Positions 1-11,296 are shown, counted from the first letter of the stretch. The stretch is DNA of 64,000 nt from an uncultured Candidatus Entotheonella sp. (GCA_965215335.1 CBDCDA010000002.1:864001-928000), one strand, 5' to 3'. Notes: a model not told the origin generated them from the letters alone. A program made the numbers and translations.

Positions 1-200
1 GGCCGGGGAGAAAACTGCTACGGATGCGGTACGCGATTCGTCCAAGCCGCAGGTCCAGGCTGGCCGGCTGCAATTGGGCGGCCTTGATGTCCAGGGCAGG
101 GGCCGTGATCCAGCCCGCAGCGATGGCGCCGCGCAGTTGTTGGAGCGGCAGCACCCCGCCCGTTTGCCTGCTGCGAGGATCGTCATATGGGGCGATAGTC
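1..200 (-). CDS. dcd: dCTP deaminase (DCD family), N-terminal part, runs off window start; start codon uncertain
   Basis: Manual minus-strand translation GVLPLQQLRGAIAAGWITAPALDIKAAQLQPASLDLRLGRIAYRIRSSFLPG contains the QPASLDLRLG motif. Confidence 0.8.
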
Positions 201-225
201 CGTGGCGTAGCCGTGTGACGAATCC

Positions 226-1215
226 TCAGGGCTGAAAATGGGGCAGGGGCAGATCAAGGGCAGTGAGCAGTCCGGGCTGCGCCTGGTGCACGCCGGGGCT
301 CATGTTGACGAGCAGGGCGGCTGTCGCGGAGTCTCCCATGTCGTTACTCCTGATCGTCATTTCCAGGGACGGGGTGCCCTCGATGTAAATCGTGTTGCGG
401 GCGTTTTCGGCTTCGAGGTAGGTTCGCAGGTCGAAGGAAATGACCTCCTTCCCGCGACTGATACCTTTCACCATGTAGCGCACCCCGCAAACGTGCTGCG
501 GTTTAAGCTGTTGTCGTCCCACGCGCAGGGGTTTGTCGGCGATGACGGGCACCAGGCGTTCCTTGAAGTCGTCCATTCGCCATTGCAGGACGTGCGCCAG
601 GAACGCCAGGGAATCGACCAGGCCGACCACCCCCACACGATGCTGCGCTTCCTGTTCGGCAAAGCTGTCCCTGGTAAGCCCGATGCCGATTTTCTGCTGC
701 AGCGAGGGGCGGCTTCCCGACGCGTTGACGACTCGGGTAACCGCCAAGCGGTCGATCTGCTGGCACATTCCCGTGAGCATCAGCACCAGCGTGTCCATGA
801 CGAAGCCCGGCGTCACACCCGTGCCCAGGATGGAAACACCGTATCTTTTGGCCATTTCATCGAGATGGCGGGCTTCATCGGGGTAGCGGTAATGCGGATA
901 GAACAACTCTTCAGCGGAGGCGACGATGTTGATGCCGCGTTCCATCAGGGCGTGCAGGGTGGGCAGAATTTCGGGAAAGGTGGAGACGGTGGTCAGCAAG
1001 GCGACGTCAACGTCGTTGTATTGTTGAAAATCCAGAAAGTCTCCGTGCACCGGGACACCAAGCCGCTGATCGACCTCGACGACTTCACCGAGGTCTCGTC
1101 CTTGCTTGGCCGGGTCAATGTCGAAGGCTGCGGCAATTTGCCAGCCGGGCTTCTTGAGCAGCAGCCGGGTAACCGCCTTCCCTATGGAGCCCAAGCCGAC
1201 CTGCATCACCTTCAT
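226..1215 (-). CDS. NAD(P)-dependent dehydrogenase, dihydrodipicolinate reductase-like / 2,4-diaminopentanoate dehydrogenase family
   Basis: Rossmann motif VGLGSIG, GTGVTPGF motif; ATG at 1215 with GGGAG RBS. Confidence 0.75.
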   Translation of the reverse strand: MKVMQVGLGSIGKAVTRLLLKKPGWQIAAAFDIDPAKQGRDLGEVVEVDQRLGVPVHGDFLDFQQYNDVDVALLTTVSTFPEILPTLHALMERGINIVASAEELFYPHYRYPDEARHLDEMAKRYGVSILGTGVTPGFVMDTLVLMLTGMCQQIDRLAVTRVVNASGSRPSLQQKIGIGLTRDSFAEQEAQHRVGVVGLVDSLAFLAHVLQWRMDDFKERLVPVIADKPLRVGRQQLKPQHVCGVRYMVKGISRGKEVISFDLRTYLEAENARNTIYIEGTPSLEMTIRSNDMGDSATAALLVNMSPGVHQAQPGLLTALDLPLPHFQP

Positions 1216-1372
1216 CGTGTGCACTCCCAGCGCCAGCCAAACCCCCCGGAACTTGTCACCACCGGTTGGGAGTCGGCCGATTTTCTGCGCAGGCAATTGA
1301 GGTTCAGGGAGCGATGAGCCGGACGGCTCATCGCCGTGAATTTTGATTTGCCGCTCCGGCTACGCCGGGCCG

Positions 1373-1460
1373 ATTATCGACCTTCCGCGCGTCGTGTCAA
1401 CCCTGAAGAGACGGCGAGCCTTTTATGCGCTTGACACCTGGCCGAGGGTGTTGCTACAAC
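1373..1460. promoter_or_regulatory. Divergent sigma70-like promoters
   Basis: Minus TTGACA(1400-1395)-16nt-GATAAT; plus TTGACA(1431-1436)-18nt-TACAAC upstream of trkA. Confidence 0.45.
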
Positions 1461-1574
1461 TCCTGCCATCCCCGCCGTGCGAGAGTCAGCGGACACTGAA
1501 CGTGTTGTCCGCGCCGCATCAATCAGCAACATCTCGGGCTTTTGGCCAGCCTGGCAATACACATAAGGGACCTG

Positions 1575-2933
1575 ATGGTGCGCATCGTCGTCCTGGGAGC
1601 GGGGGAAGTCGGCTACCACGTCGCCAGTCGTCTGATCCGCGAACGGCACGACGTGGTCATCATCGATCACTCGTCCGAGCTTGTCGAACGGGTGAAGGAG
1701 GAGTTGGACGTCCTGGCCTTTCGAGGCCACGCGGCGAGCCCGCAGGTGCTCGAGGAGGCGGAGATCGACCGCACGGACATGCTGATTGCGGTCACGAGCT
1801 CGGATGAGATCAATCTGGTGGCGTGTCTTCTGGCCCGTCAGTCCGGAGTCCCCAGTTGCATTGCGCGTATCAACGAGCCGGATTTTCGCGCGACGACCCT
1901 CATGCAAGCCGGCAAGCACATCGGTATTGACCTTCTGATCAATCCGAGTCAGACCGTGGCGGAGGAAGTCTGTCGGCTGATCAAGACGCCGGGTGCGGAG
2001 GAGGCCGCCGACTTTCTCGAAGGGCGGGTGAAACTTCTGGTTTTTCGGGTGCAGAAGCGGGCGCCGGTCGTCCGCCATCGCCTGCGGGACATCCCCGGTA
2101 TCGGTGAGGGTCCGGCGCCCTTTCTCATTGTCGCGATACAGCGCGGCGGAGAAACCCTGATCCCGACCGGCAACACGATGATCGAGGCCGATGATCATTT
2201 GCTCGTTATCGGCAAGAGCGACCTCCTGCGGGACAACCTGCATCTGTTGGGCATCGTGTCGCACCCGGCCCGCAGGGTGTTCATCATCGGCGGCGGGCGA
2301 GTGGGTTACAACGTGGCGCACATGCTGGAGCAGGACGAGACGGACTACGACGTGCGGTTGTTGGAGCAGGACCCCGCGCGCTGCCAGATGCTGGCCGACC
2401 GGCTGTCCGATACGCTGGTGCTGCACGGCAATGCGACGGACCTGAAGCTGTTGCGGGAGGAAGGCGTCACGGAAATGGACGCGGTCATTGCCGTAACGAA
2501 CGACGAAGGCACCAATCTCATCGCGGCCCTGTTAGCCAAAACCAGCGGTGCGCGAGGCGTCGTCACTCTCATCAAGCGGCCGGACCTCGTGCCGCTGGTT
2601 GCCGCTTTGGGTATCGACGCGGCGATCTCGCCGCGCCTGATCACGGCGGGGGCGATTCTCCGCCATTTGCGCCGCGGGCAGGTGCTGTCGGTGTTCACGT
2701 CCATCAACACGGAGGCCGAAACGCTGGAATTGATCGCGGCCCCGCGCGCCAAGATCGTCGGCAAGCCCCTCTATGCGGTCAGGATGCCCGCCGGGGTTCT
2801 GGTCGGCGCGGTGGCGCATGGCGATGAGATTCTCATTCCGCGTGGCGACACCGTGATCCAGGCGGACGATCGGGTCATCGTGTTTGCCCTGCCCGCCGCG
2901 GTGCCACAGGCCGCCAGGCTGTTCGGCGCCTAG
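1575..2933 (+). CDS. trkA: Trk potassium uptake system regulatory subunit
   Basis: Two RCK domains (GAGEVG, GGGRVG), AVTSSDEINLVAC motif, ~450 aa. Confidence 0.93.
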   Translation: MVRIVVLGAGEVGYHVASRLIRERHDVVIIDHSSELVERVKEELDVLAFRGHAASPQVLEEAEIDRTDMLIAVTSSDEINLVACLLARQSGVPSCIARINEPDFRATTLMQAGKHIGIDLLINPSQTVAEEVCRLIKTPGAEEAADFLEGRVKLLVFRVQKRAPVVRHRLRDIPGIGEGPAPFLIVAIQRGGETLIPTGNTMIEADDHLLVIGKSDLLRDNLHLLGIVSHPARRVFIIGGGRVGYNVAHMLEQDETDYDVRLLEQDPARCQMLADRLSDTLVLHGNATDLKLLREEGVTEMDAVIAVTNDEGTNLIAALLAKTSGARGVVTLIKRPDLVPLVAALGIDAAISPRLITAGAILRHLRRGQVLSVFTSINTEAETLELIAAPRAKIVGKPLYAVRMPAGVLVGAVAHGDEILIPRGDTVIQADDRVIVFALPAAVPQAARLFGA

Positions 2934-2973
2934 CCGACACCGGCCGCGAAACCGCGAGGTCAAGGAGATCAGG

Positions 2974-3264
2974 ATGAAGAAGTATACGGCTTTGACGCAA
3001 AACATGTTTCGCCATCTGGCCCGCGGCGAGGAAGTGCAGTACGGCACCTTTCACATTCGGATCGTGGAGGAGAAGATCATTGTTTGCGGCCCGGGGAAGG
3101 ATGGACGCCGATTGGAATTACATTACCGGCGGCGTCCCGGAAGCGATGAGGGTTTTTCGAAGCAGCAATTCAGGAATATTTTCGCGTCGCGCGAAAAGCC
3201 CCTCTTCAGCATCAGCATCCGCTCGCGAGGCGCCGGGCAGCGCCCGCAGAAGCGGACGGGGTAG
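2974..3264 (+). CDS. hypothetical protein
   Basis: ATG with AAGGAG RBS right after trkA; 96 aa, basic. Confidence 0.55.
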   Translation: MKKYTALTQNMFRHLARGEEVQYGTFHIRIVEEKIIVCGPGKDGRRLELHYRRRPGSDEGFSKQQFRNIFASREKPLFSISIRSRGAGQRPQKRTG

Positions 3265-3275
3265 TTGGCGAGACG

Positions 3276-3623
3276 TTACGCCGCGGCTGTTCCCGACGAG
3301 CTCTTCTTGGTGGATTCGCTGCTGCTATCCGAGGCCAGGCCTGTTGTTGCGGTCTTGCTGTCGTTCTTTCCCGATACCGTCTTCTCCGAGGCGCTCTTCT
3401 CGGAAGTGCCGTTTTCTGACGGCGATTCGCCTTTCCGATCCTCGTTACGCCCGTAATCGGTCACGTACCAGCCGCTGCCCTTGAGATGGAATGCGGAGCG
3501 CGAGATCAGCTTCTGCAGCGAACCGGCGCAGGTCGGACAGGCCTCAGCCGGCGGGTCTGAAAACTTCTGCAGGCGCTCGAATTCGTGATGGCAATCCTGG
3601 CAGCGATACTCGTAAATCGGCAT
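3276..3623 (-). CDS. FmdB-family zinc-ribbon protein
   Basis: MPIYEYRCxxC...CPTC...FHLKGSGWYVTDY plus low-complexity tail. Confidence 0.9.
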   Translation of the reverse strand: MPIYEYRCQDCHHEFERLQKFSDPPAEACPTCAGSLQKLISRSAFHLKGSGWYVTDYGRNEDRKGESPSENGTSEKSASEKTVSGKNDSKTATTGLASDSSSESTKKSSSGTAAA

Positions 3624-3772
3624 CGAAGGGCTCCCTTCCTCGAACTTCCTCACAAGGCGTGACGTGTTGCGTCAATAGCACGGTCCCGGTGGGAATCTAG
3701 TCGGATACCCCCGGCTTGTCAAGAATGGTTGCGGGCCGACGGATTTCGGCTGGCGCCGGCCCACCGGCCTGT

Positions 3773-4390
3773 TCAGGCCATTGGCGAACACGCCGCCGGC
3801 ACGACGACCTTGTTCCGCATATTGACCAGCCATTCGCGGGTCTGCGGTGGCCAATCCGGCAATGCCATCGAGGCCGCCCTGATGCGATCCCGTTCGCCCA
3901 AGTCGGCGTAGGGCCAGATGTGCATCCACAAATTGAGGCCACCGATGTCGGTGTACATGCAGCCGGCGATTGGCGACAGGTCGAGCCGTTTTGGCAGCGA
4001 CTTCTCCCACGCTGCCAGCACGTTGGGCATCGTCCCCGGCCGGTACTGGTAGATACGCATCTCGTAGATATTGCCCAGTTTCCGGTTACCGCCGAGTGCC
4101 GGGGAAAAGGGCGCCGGCGTCCAGATCTGGGATTCCATCGACAGCAGCAGATCCCCGCCCTTGGGCGGCCAGCCCGGCTCCTGCGCGACCTTGGCGCGGA
4201 CCTCTGCCCGGTGCTCCAAGCTGGCGTATGGCCACACGTGAATCACCTCATTCAGAGGCCCGATCTCGGTGTGCCACAGCGCCGCCAATTCCGAATACGT
4301 CAGGCGGCTTGGCAAGGCCGCCTCGAAGTGCCCTTCCCATTGGGCGACAGACCCTGGTTTCAGGTCGTACGTACGAACTTCATAAATCAC
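3773..4390 (-). CDS. NIPSNAP family protein (two domains)
   Basis: IYEVRTYDLKPG and IYEMRIYQYRPG, HxWPY motifs. Confidence 0.9.
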   Translation of the reverse strand: MIYEVRTYDLKPGSVAQWEGHFEAALPSRLTYSELAALWHTEIGPLNEVIHVWPYASLEHRAEVRAKVAQEPGWPPKGGDLLLSMESQIWTPAPFSPALGGNRKLGNIYEMRIYQYRPGTMPNVLAAWEKSLPKRLDLSPIAGCMYTDIGGLNLWMHIWPYADLGERDRIRAASMALPDWPPQTREWLVNMRNKVVVPAACSPMA

Positions 4391-5058
4391 GTCGGGCCCC
4401 CTTCCTGGACAGATTCACCACGCTGAGAATAAAGGTAAAGGGTGAAATCGTTCGGCAAGTACCCTTCCAGCAGTCGTACATGCGGGGTGAGGGTTGCGCA
4501 ATAGGCAAGCAGCGTTTCGGGATCGTAGTTGAACAGGAGCGCGTCGCGCTCAGGTGCCCGCGTGCTGAGAAAGTTGATCGCCACGCCGCGCGTGCAGCAG
4601 CGCATCAATTGGTGAAGGATTTCCTGCACCGCCGCCATATTGCGCCCGAAATTGACGTTGAACGCTCCGGAACACAGAGCGTAGTCGAAGCGCTCGGGAC
4701 CCAGCCCTTGCAGCACGTCCCGCACTTCAAATTGCGCTTCCGGGTAGCGCTTGCGGGCATGGGCGACCATCTCGGGCAAGATGTCGAAGCCCGTGTAGCT
4801 CACCGGAATGCGTCGCCGCAGCAGATAGTCGTAGAGGTCACCCACGCCGCAGCCGACGTCCAGTACGCGGGTGTTGGCCAGTGGACCGACTTCGGACAGG
4901 ACGATGAAACGTCGCTGCTGGCTGCGCTGGCTCTGCCAACCGAGTCCCCGCCAGTTGGGGCCGTGAAGTTGCAGGTGAAGGCGGAAAAAACCGGCCACCT
5001 CTTCTTGTGAGCGTTGTGAGCGCTGCGTGACGACCGGGGGCGAAATTTTTCCGCTCAA
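4387..5058 (-). CDS. class I SAM-dependent methyltransferase
   Basis: VLDVGCGVGD motif I; YLPNDFTLYL C-terminus. Confidence 0.85.
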   Translation of the reverse strand: MSGKISPPVVTQRSQRSQEEVAGFFRLHLQLHGPNWRGLGWQSQRSQQRRFIVLSEVGPLANTRVLDVGCGVGDLYDYLLRRRIPVSYTGFDILPEMVAHARKRYPEAQFEVRDVLQGLGPERFDYALCSGAFNVNFGRNMAAVQEILHQLMRCCTRGVAINFLSTRAPERDALLFNYDPETLLAYCATLTPHVRLLEGYLPNDFTLYLYSQRGESVQEGGPT

Positions 5059-5078
5059 GCTTGCTCCAAAGACCGTCT

Positions 5079-6623
<1,545 letters not shown>

Positions 6624-6998
6624 CGATGATTACCCCTCTGGCTGCCGTCACAAGCGACGGCATGGCCTGATGGTTTCAGAATCTTGTCCGTGCCACACCT
6701 TTGACCGGGCGACGGATCGCAACGAAAGAATAAGGCGGAAGCACACCATGACGATGGAAACGGGAAGCGCTGCTTCCGGCGTTCAACGAGCCGGAAAGCG
6801 GCTGTGGTACCGAGAAGGAAGGGGGGAAAGAAGGGCTCCGGATGCCATGAGCTCCAGGGATACCCGGTGCGCTTGCGCACCAGAGGCAGGCGCCGCCGAA
6901 GCACTGTGCCTTACCGTATCTCTGTTTCCGCTCATGGTATCCACCGGTACCTCGCGAGTCTGGTGTCGTTGGTCAAGCAGACTTGATGAAGAGAGGGA

Positions 6999-7028
6999 AC
7001 TGTACTACGGCACCAAAAAGCGTGTCAA
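6999..7028 (-). promoter_or_regulatory. putative sigma70 promoter of leuA with ~370-nt leader
   Basis: TTGACA(7028-7023)-18nt-TACAGT(7004-6999). Confidence 0.45.
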
Positions 7029-7188
7029 GGCGCAATTTTCGAGGGCCAAGACGTTTCGACCGCGCGAACCAGCGCACTGGCGCCCTGGCGGCACGCGGCG
7101 CCACGCCTGTTGGCGCTGCCGGCGCTCAAGCGGTTGTCGGGGGGCATCGCCTTGGTTGCGGCCGCCGGTGTGACCAGGGCCCTGACCG

Positions 7189-7614
7189 GTGGTATCTGCA
7201 CTGATCATGGGGGTGCGGCTCTTGCGCGAAGCGGTGGCCCGTCTGATGGGCAAGGCCGACCCGGCGCACCTCGAGCACATCGTTGCGACCCTGCAGACGC
7301 GCCGCCAGACTGCCTGGATCGACGTGCACTGCCTGCGCGCCTGGCGTTCCGGCGCCCGCCTCCACGTCGTTTTTCACCTGACCTTGCCGCGCTACTGGAA
7401 CCCGCAGCACTGCCACGAGGTCATCGGAGAAGTGGAGCAGGTGATGCATGATTCGCAGCCCGAGCCGGGCGACGTCATCATCCATCTCGACCCGTGCAGC
7501 CGAAGAACTGCGTATCCTGTCCAGGTGGCGCCCTGTTCGTTACGAAGCACGGACTTCCAACAGGCACGGCCCTGGACCATGGCGTCGGCCATCGAAAGGG
7601 CCGGTGGCGAATGA
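7189..7614 (+). pseudogene. C-terminal remnant of a cation diffusion facilitator (CDF) transporter
   Basis: RLLREAVARLM..WIDVHCLRAWRSG..FHLTLPRYW..DVIIHLDPC resembles last TM plus ZT_dimer domain; N-terminal TM bundle absent. Confidence 0.7.
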
Positions 7615-7791
7615 GGCCTGAGGTGAAAAAACAGTTTGCTTTACGCACGGTTTTCTGATATCAAGCCGTGGCCGATTTTCGACCCTGGCAAGAAGGGCGG
7701 GATACAGATGCCACGCCCCCTCGCCCCGATGGGGCGTGGCGGGGTTCCCGTCAAGGGGTTAAATGCTCAGACTGCCCAATGGGAGGTAGAC

Positions 7792-8859
7792 ATGGCGTAC
7801 AGCGAGCGCTCTCAGGCCTATCGAGAGAAGTTGCAAAACGGCGAGTACGACCTGGGCTGGATGGAGGTCAACTCGGAATGGGGCGTCAGAGCGACACCTG
7901 GCAAGCGCGGGCTGACCCTCGACGACATCAACGTCGGTTCCTACGGCGTCATTCCCAAAGACGCCAGCGGTTCTCTCAGCTTCGCCCCGCGCGGCGCCGA
8001 TTTCGATCCTGCGGAACTGCCGGACATGGGCTACGAGCTCAACACCGACGCAGAAGCGTGGGCGCAGAACATGGGCGGCCTCTACGAGGAAGCGGTGGCG
8101 CGGCAGTGGAGTTCCACCCGCGACATCCCGTGGCACACCCTCGAACCGCTACCGAAGGACATGGAACACGCCATGTCGCAGCTCTGCACCTTCCTCACCG
8201 AGGTGGAGTTCGTGGCCGGCGACGTACCCGGCTGGTGGCTGAACAAGGTCAACAACGCGTATCACGAAACCAAGCTGTTCATGGCCACCCAGATCATGGA
8301 CGAGGCGCGCCATCTCGACGTGTTCCGCAAGCGCGCCCTGTCCAACGGCGGCGGCCTAGGCAAATGCCCGCCGGAAGTCGAGGAGGGTCTCAAGTACATC
8401 CATGACCTGCGCTCCTTCCCGCAGATGCTGGCGCGCATGAATCTTTTCGGCGAGGGCCGCGTCCTGACCCTGTTCCGTCTTGGCGAGCTCATCGCTCAGA
8501 ACGAGGTCGAAAAGACGATCTTCCGGCTCTGTGCCCAGGACGAATCCCGCCACCTGGCCTTCGGCTGCCTGCAGTTGCGCTACCTCATCCAGGAAGACCC
8601 GGATCGCATCGAGGAAATCCAGGAGGCGCTGGATATTGCCGAACAGCGGACGATGGAACTGGGCGCCACGCCCGAGCAGGTCGAGCCGTTCCTGATCCTC
8701 CTCGGCGGCGGTATCGACCACATGGACAAGGGCAAGGAGAAGTTCGCCTTCATCCGCAAGAAAATGGTCCAGGAGTACCTGCAGCGCTGTCATTCCATCG
8801 GCATCGACCGGCAGGAGCGCTGTCTCCTCAAGGAGGCGCAGGACATCACGCTGCTGTAG
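7792..8859 (+). CDS. ferritin-like diiron protein
   Basis: E..DEARH and E..DESRH carboxylate/His pairs; QWSS..DIPW motif; GGAGG RBS. Confidence 0.8.
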   Translation: MAYSERSQAYREKLQNGEYDLGWMEVNSEWGVRATPGKRGLTLDDINVGSYGVIPKDASGSLSFAPRGADFDPAELPDMGYELNTDAEAWAQNMGGLYEEAVARQWSSTRDIPWHTLEPLPKDMEHAMSQLCTFLTEVEFVAGDVPGWWLNKVNNAYHETKLFMATQIMDEARHLDVFRKRALSNGGGLGKCPPEVEEGLKYIHDLRSFPQMLARMNLFGEGRVLTLFRLGELIAQNEVEKTIFRLCAQDESRHLAFGCLQLRYLIQEDPDRIEEIQEALDIAEQRTMELGATPEQVEPFLILLGGGIDHMDKGKEKFAFIRKKMVQEYLQRCHSIGIDRQERCLLKEAQDITLL

Positions 8860-8884
8860 TAGGCAGGACCTCAAATCGGCAGGT

Positions 8885-8917
8885 CGCGAGGCAGGGGTTG
8901 GGAACCCCTGCCTCGCG
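8885..8917 (+). terminator. 15-bp perfect stem-loop between ferritin-like and SCP2-like genes
   Basis: CGCGAGGCAGGGGTT-GGG-AACCCCTGCCTCGCG followed by TATTTT. Confidence 0.6.
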
Positions 8918-8934
8918 TATTTTGGAGGGCAGGG

Positions 8935-9384
8935 ATGTTCACGTTCCCATCGCTCGAGTGGTTCCAGGAATTGTCACGGCTGATGAACGAGCATGACGCG
9001 CCGTACAGACGCCTGGGATACGCGGATGTGCGCTGGGCCATCGAAATCCAACCCAGCGAGCCGGAGCAGCCGACGCACCTGTTCGTTTTCGTGTTCGAGG
9101 AGTATGGCTGCAAGTCGGTGCAGGCGTGCGGGCCCGACGCCCAGCCGGAGGTTGCCTTTACCATGCGGGCCACGCGCGGCACCTGGGAGGAGATGATCCG
9201 CAACATCCAGGCGAACAAGGGGCCGGATTTGCAGCATACCCTGAACTACCTGACCCTGCCCGACGATCCCATCTACATCGACGCGCCTGATTTCCTCAGT
9301 CGTGATCTGTTTGCCCGCTACGGCCAGACCTTCCAGCTCTTCTTCAACGGTGCCATTCAGGTGCCGACCGCCTTTTCCAGCTAG
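8935..9384 (+). CDS. hypothetical protein, SCP2 (sterol carrier)-like fold
   Basis: FPSLEWF N-terminus and F.M.AT..TWEEMI pattern typical of SCP2-like proteins. Confidence 0.55.
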   Translation: MFTFPSLEWFQELSRLMNEHDAPYRRLGYADVRWAIEIQPSEPEQPTHLFVFVFEEYGCKSVQACGPDAQPEVAFTMRATRGTWEEMIRNIQANKGPDLQHTLNYLTLPDDPIYIDAPDFLSRDLFARYGQTFQLFFNGAIQVPTAFSS

Positions 9385-9525
9385 AGCATTTTCGTTGCAT
9401 GGCGCTGGGGTCCCCCCGGTTCACCTACGGGCTGCGCCCTTGTTTCGCCGACTCCCCCTCAAGGTCAAGGGGGGAGTGCCGGAGAGGGGGCGAACGAGCA
9501 AGCCATTTCGAGCCGAAAATGCTCT
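9383..9525. repeat. MITE/REP-like element with 12-bp terminal inverted repeats
   Basis: AGAGCATTTTCG (9383-9394) ... CGAAAATGCTCT (9514-9525); internal ACTCCCCCTCAAG..GGGGGGAGT hairpin. Confidence 0.65.
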
Positions 9526-9544
9526 GGTCCGATGATCCTGCAGC

Positions 9545-10684
9545 CTACAGCCGGTTCGCGTTCTGATCGAAGTAATAGGCGTGCTGCGGCGCGAGGTGCA
9601 GCCGCAGGGTTTCGCCCTTGCGCACCGGGTTCTGCAGGTCGGTCTTGGCGCAGAACGTGCGGCTGCCGTGCACCAGGTGGAGGAGCTGGGTAGCGTCGGA
9701 GAGGGAGATGTCCACCGCATCGACGGTGCAGGGCAGGGCAGGGGAGGTGTCGGCATCGCCGGGACGCAGGTGTTCGGGTCGCCAGCCGAGGAAGACGCGG
9801 GCGCCGTCCGGCAGGCGGTGCGGGTAGCCGGAAGCGAGCGGCACGGAAAGCGAGGTGCCGCCGACGTCGCAGGTCAAGGTCTCGCCCCAGCGCTGGGCCG
9901 GGAAGAAATTCATGGGCGGACTGCCCAGGAAACCGGCGACGAACATGTTGGCGGGTTCATGATACAGCTCGTGATAGGTGCCGACCTGCTCGATGCGTCC
10001 CTGGCGCATGACCGCCAGCCGGTGGCCCATGGACACGGCTTCGCCCTGGTCGTGGGTGACGAAAATGGTGGTCAGGCCGAACTGGTCGATCAGTTTCTTG
10101 ACCTCGCCGCGGGTTTGCAGGCGCAAGGCCGCGTCCAGGTTGGAGAACGGCTCGTCCAGCAGCAGCACCCGAGGGCTGTGGCTCAGGCAGCGCGCCAGCG
10201 CCACCCGCTGTTTCTCGCCGCCGGACAGGCTGCGCGGCATGCGGCCCAGGAGTTTCTCGAAGCCGATGCCCATGATGCGCGACGTTTCCATCACTCTGGT
10301 GTTGATGGCTTCCGGTTTCCAGCGGCGCAGGCGGAAGTAGAAGGCGATGTTGCCGTGTACCTTGAAATGCGGGTAGAGGGCGTAGGTCTGGAACACCAGG
10401 CCGATGGATCGTTGGGAAGGGGAGAGGGCGCTGACGTCCTCGCCGTCGAAGGTCAGCTCGCCGGTTTCCGGCCTTTCGAGCCCGGCGACGATGCGCAGCA
10501 GCGAGGACTTGCCGCAGCCTGTCGGCCCGACCACGCTCATCGTTTCCCCGCGGCGAATCCACAGGCTGGCGTTGTCCAGGGCCGGGGTGCCGCGCTGCCG
10601 CCCGTTGCCGTAATACAGGGTGGCCCGCATCAGGTGGATTTCGCTGCTCCTGGATTGCTCCGAAAGGCCCAGCACCATACGCAT
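9545..10684 (-). CDS. ABC transporter ATP-binding protein, MalK/UgpC-like
   Basis: GPTGCGKS, LSGGEKQRVALAR, LLLDEP, VTHDQ, GSPPMN. Confidence 0.92.
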   Translation of the reverse strand: MRMVLGLSEQSRSSEIHLMRATLYYGNGRQRGTPALDNASLWIRRGETMSVVGPTGCGKSSLLRIVAGLERPETGELTFDGEDVSALSPSQRSIGLVFQTYALYPHFKVHGNIAFYFRLRRWKPEAINTRVMETSRIMGIGFEKLLGRMPRSLSGGEKQRVALARCLSHSPRVLLLDEPFSNLDAALRLQTRGEVKKLIDQFGLTTIFVTHDQGEAVSMGHRLAVMRQGRIEQVGTYHELYHEPANMFVAGFLGSPPMNFFPAQRWGETLTCDVGGTSLSVPLASGYPHRLPDGARVFLGWRPEHLRPGDADTSPALPCTVDAVDISLSDATQLLHLVHGSRTFCAKTDLQNPVRKGETLRLHLAPQHAYYFDQNANRL

Positions 10685-10720
10685 CCCTCCCGCGGGCCTC
10701 GCGGCCCGCTGGCCCGCTGC

Positions 10721-11296
10721 TCAGTCGTCGAACGGTGGCGCTTCGCCCGCGGGCAGGGGCACTTCGAAGCCGTTCAGAAGCAGGGAAACCAGACTGTAGT
10801 ATCCCACCAGCGCGATCAGTTCGAACACCCCCGCCTCGCCGAAGCGCTGTGCGGCGTTGGCGTACGTCGCATTCGTCAGTCGTCGGGTGCGGTACAGCTC
10901 GCTGGCCACGTCATAGGCTGCGGCTTCGTCGTCGTTGCTGAAATCGGGGCGTTCGCCGCGCTTGATCGCCGCGATGATTGCTTGTGACACGCCGGCCTGC
11001 CTGGCGAGGCGCTCGTGCGCCCACCACTCGAATTGCGCCCGCCAGTGGCTGCCGACCACCAGCGTGGCCACCTCGATGACGTTGCGCGGCAGCGAGGTGT
11101 CGAAGCGCAGCGCTTCGCCCAACCGCTGCACGCGGTCGCCGACGTGCGGGTTGAGCAGCATGGCGTTGAATGGTCCGATCAGGGTGCCATTCTCGCCGCG
11201 CATGCCGGGGCCGCGCTTGCCGCCCAATATCGCTTCATAAAGCGCCCGCTGGTCGTCAGACATGGCCTCGGGCCGGACCGGAGCAAGACGGGGCAT
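10721..11296 (-). CDS. carboxymuconolactone decarboxylase family protein
   Basis: GPFNAMLLNP, FEWWAH, ELIALVGYY motifs. Confidence 0.85.
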   Translation of the reverse strand: MPRLAPVRPEAMSDDQRALYEAILGGKRGPGMRGENGTLIGPFNAMLLNPHVGDRVQRLGEALRFDTSLPRNVIEVATLVVGSHWRAQFEWWAHERLARQAGVSQAIIAAIKRGERPDFSNDDEAAAYDVASELYRTRRLTNATYANAAQRFGEAGVFELIALVGYYSLVSLLLNGFEVPLPAGEAPPFDD

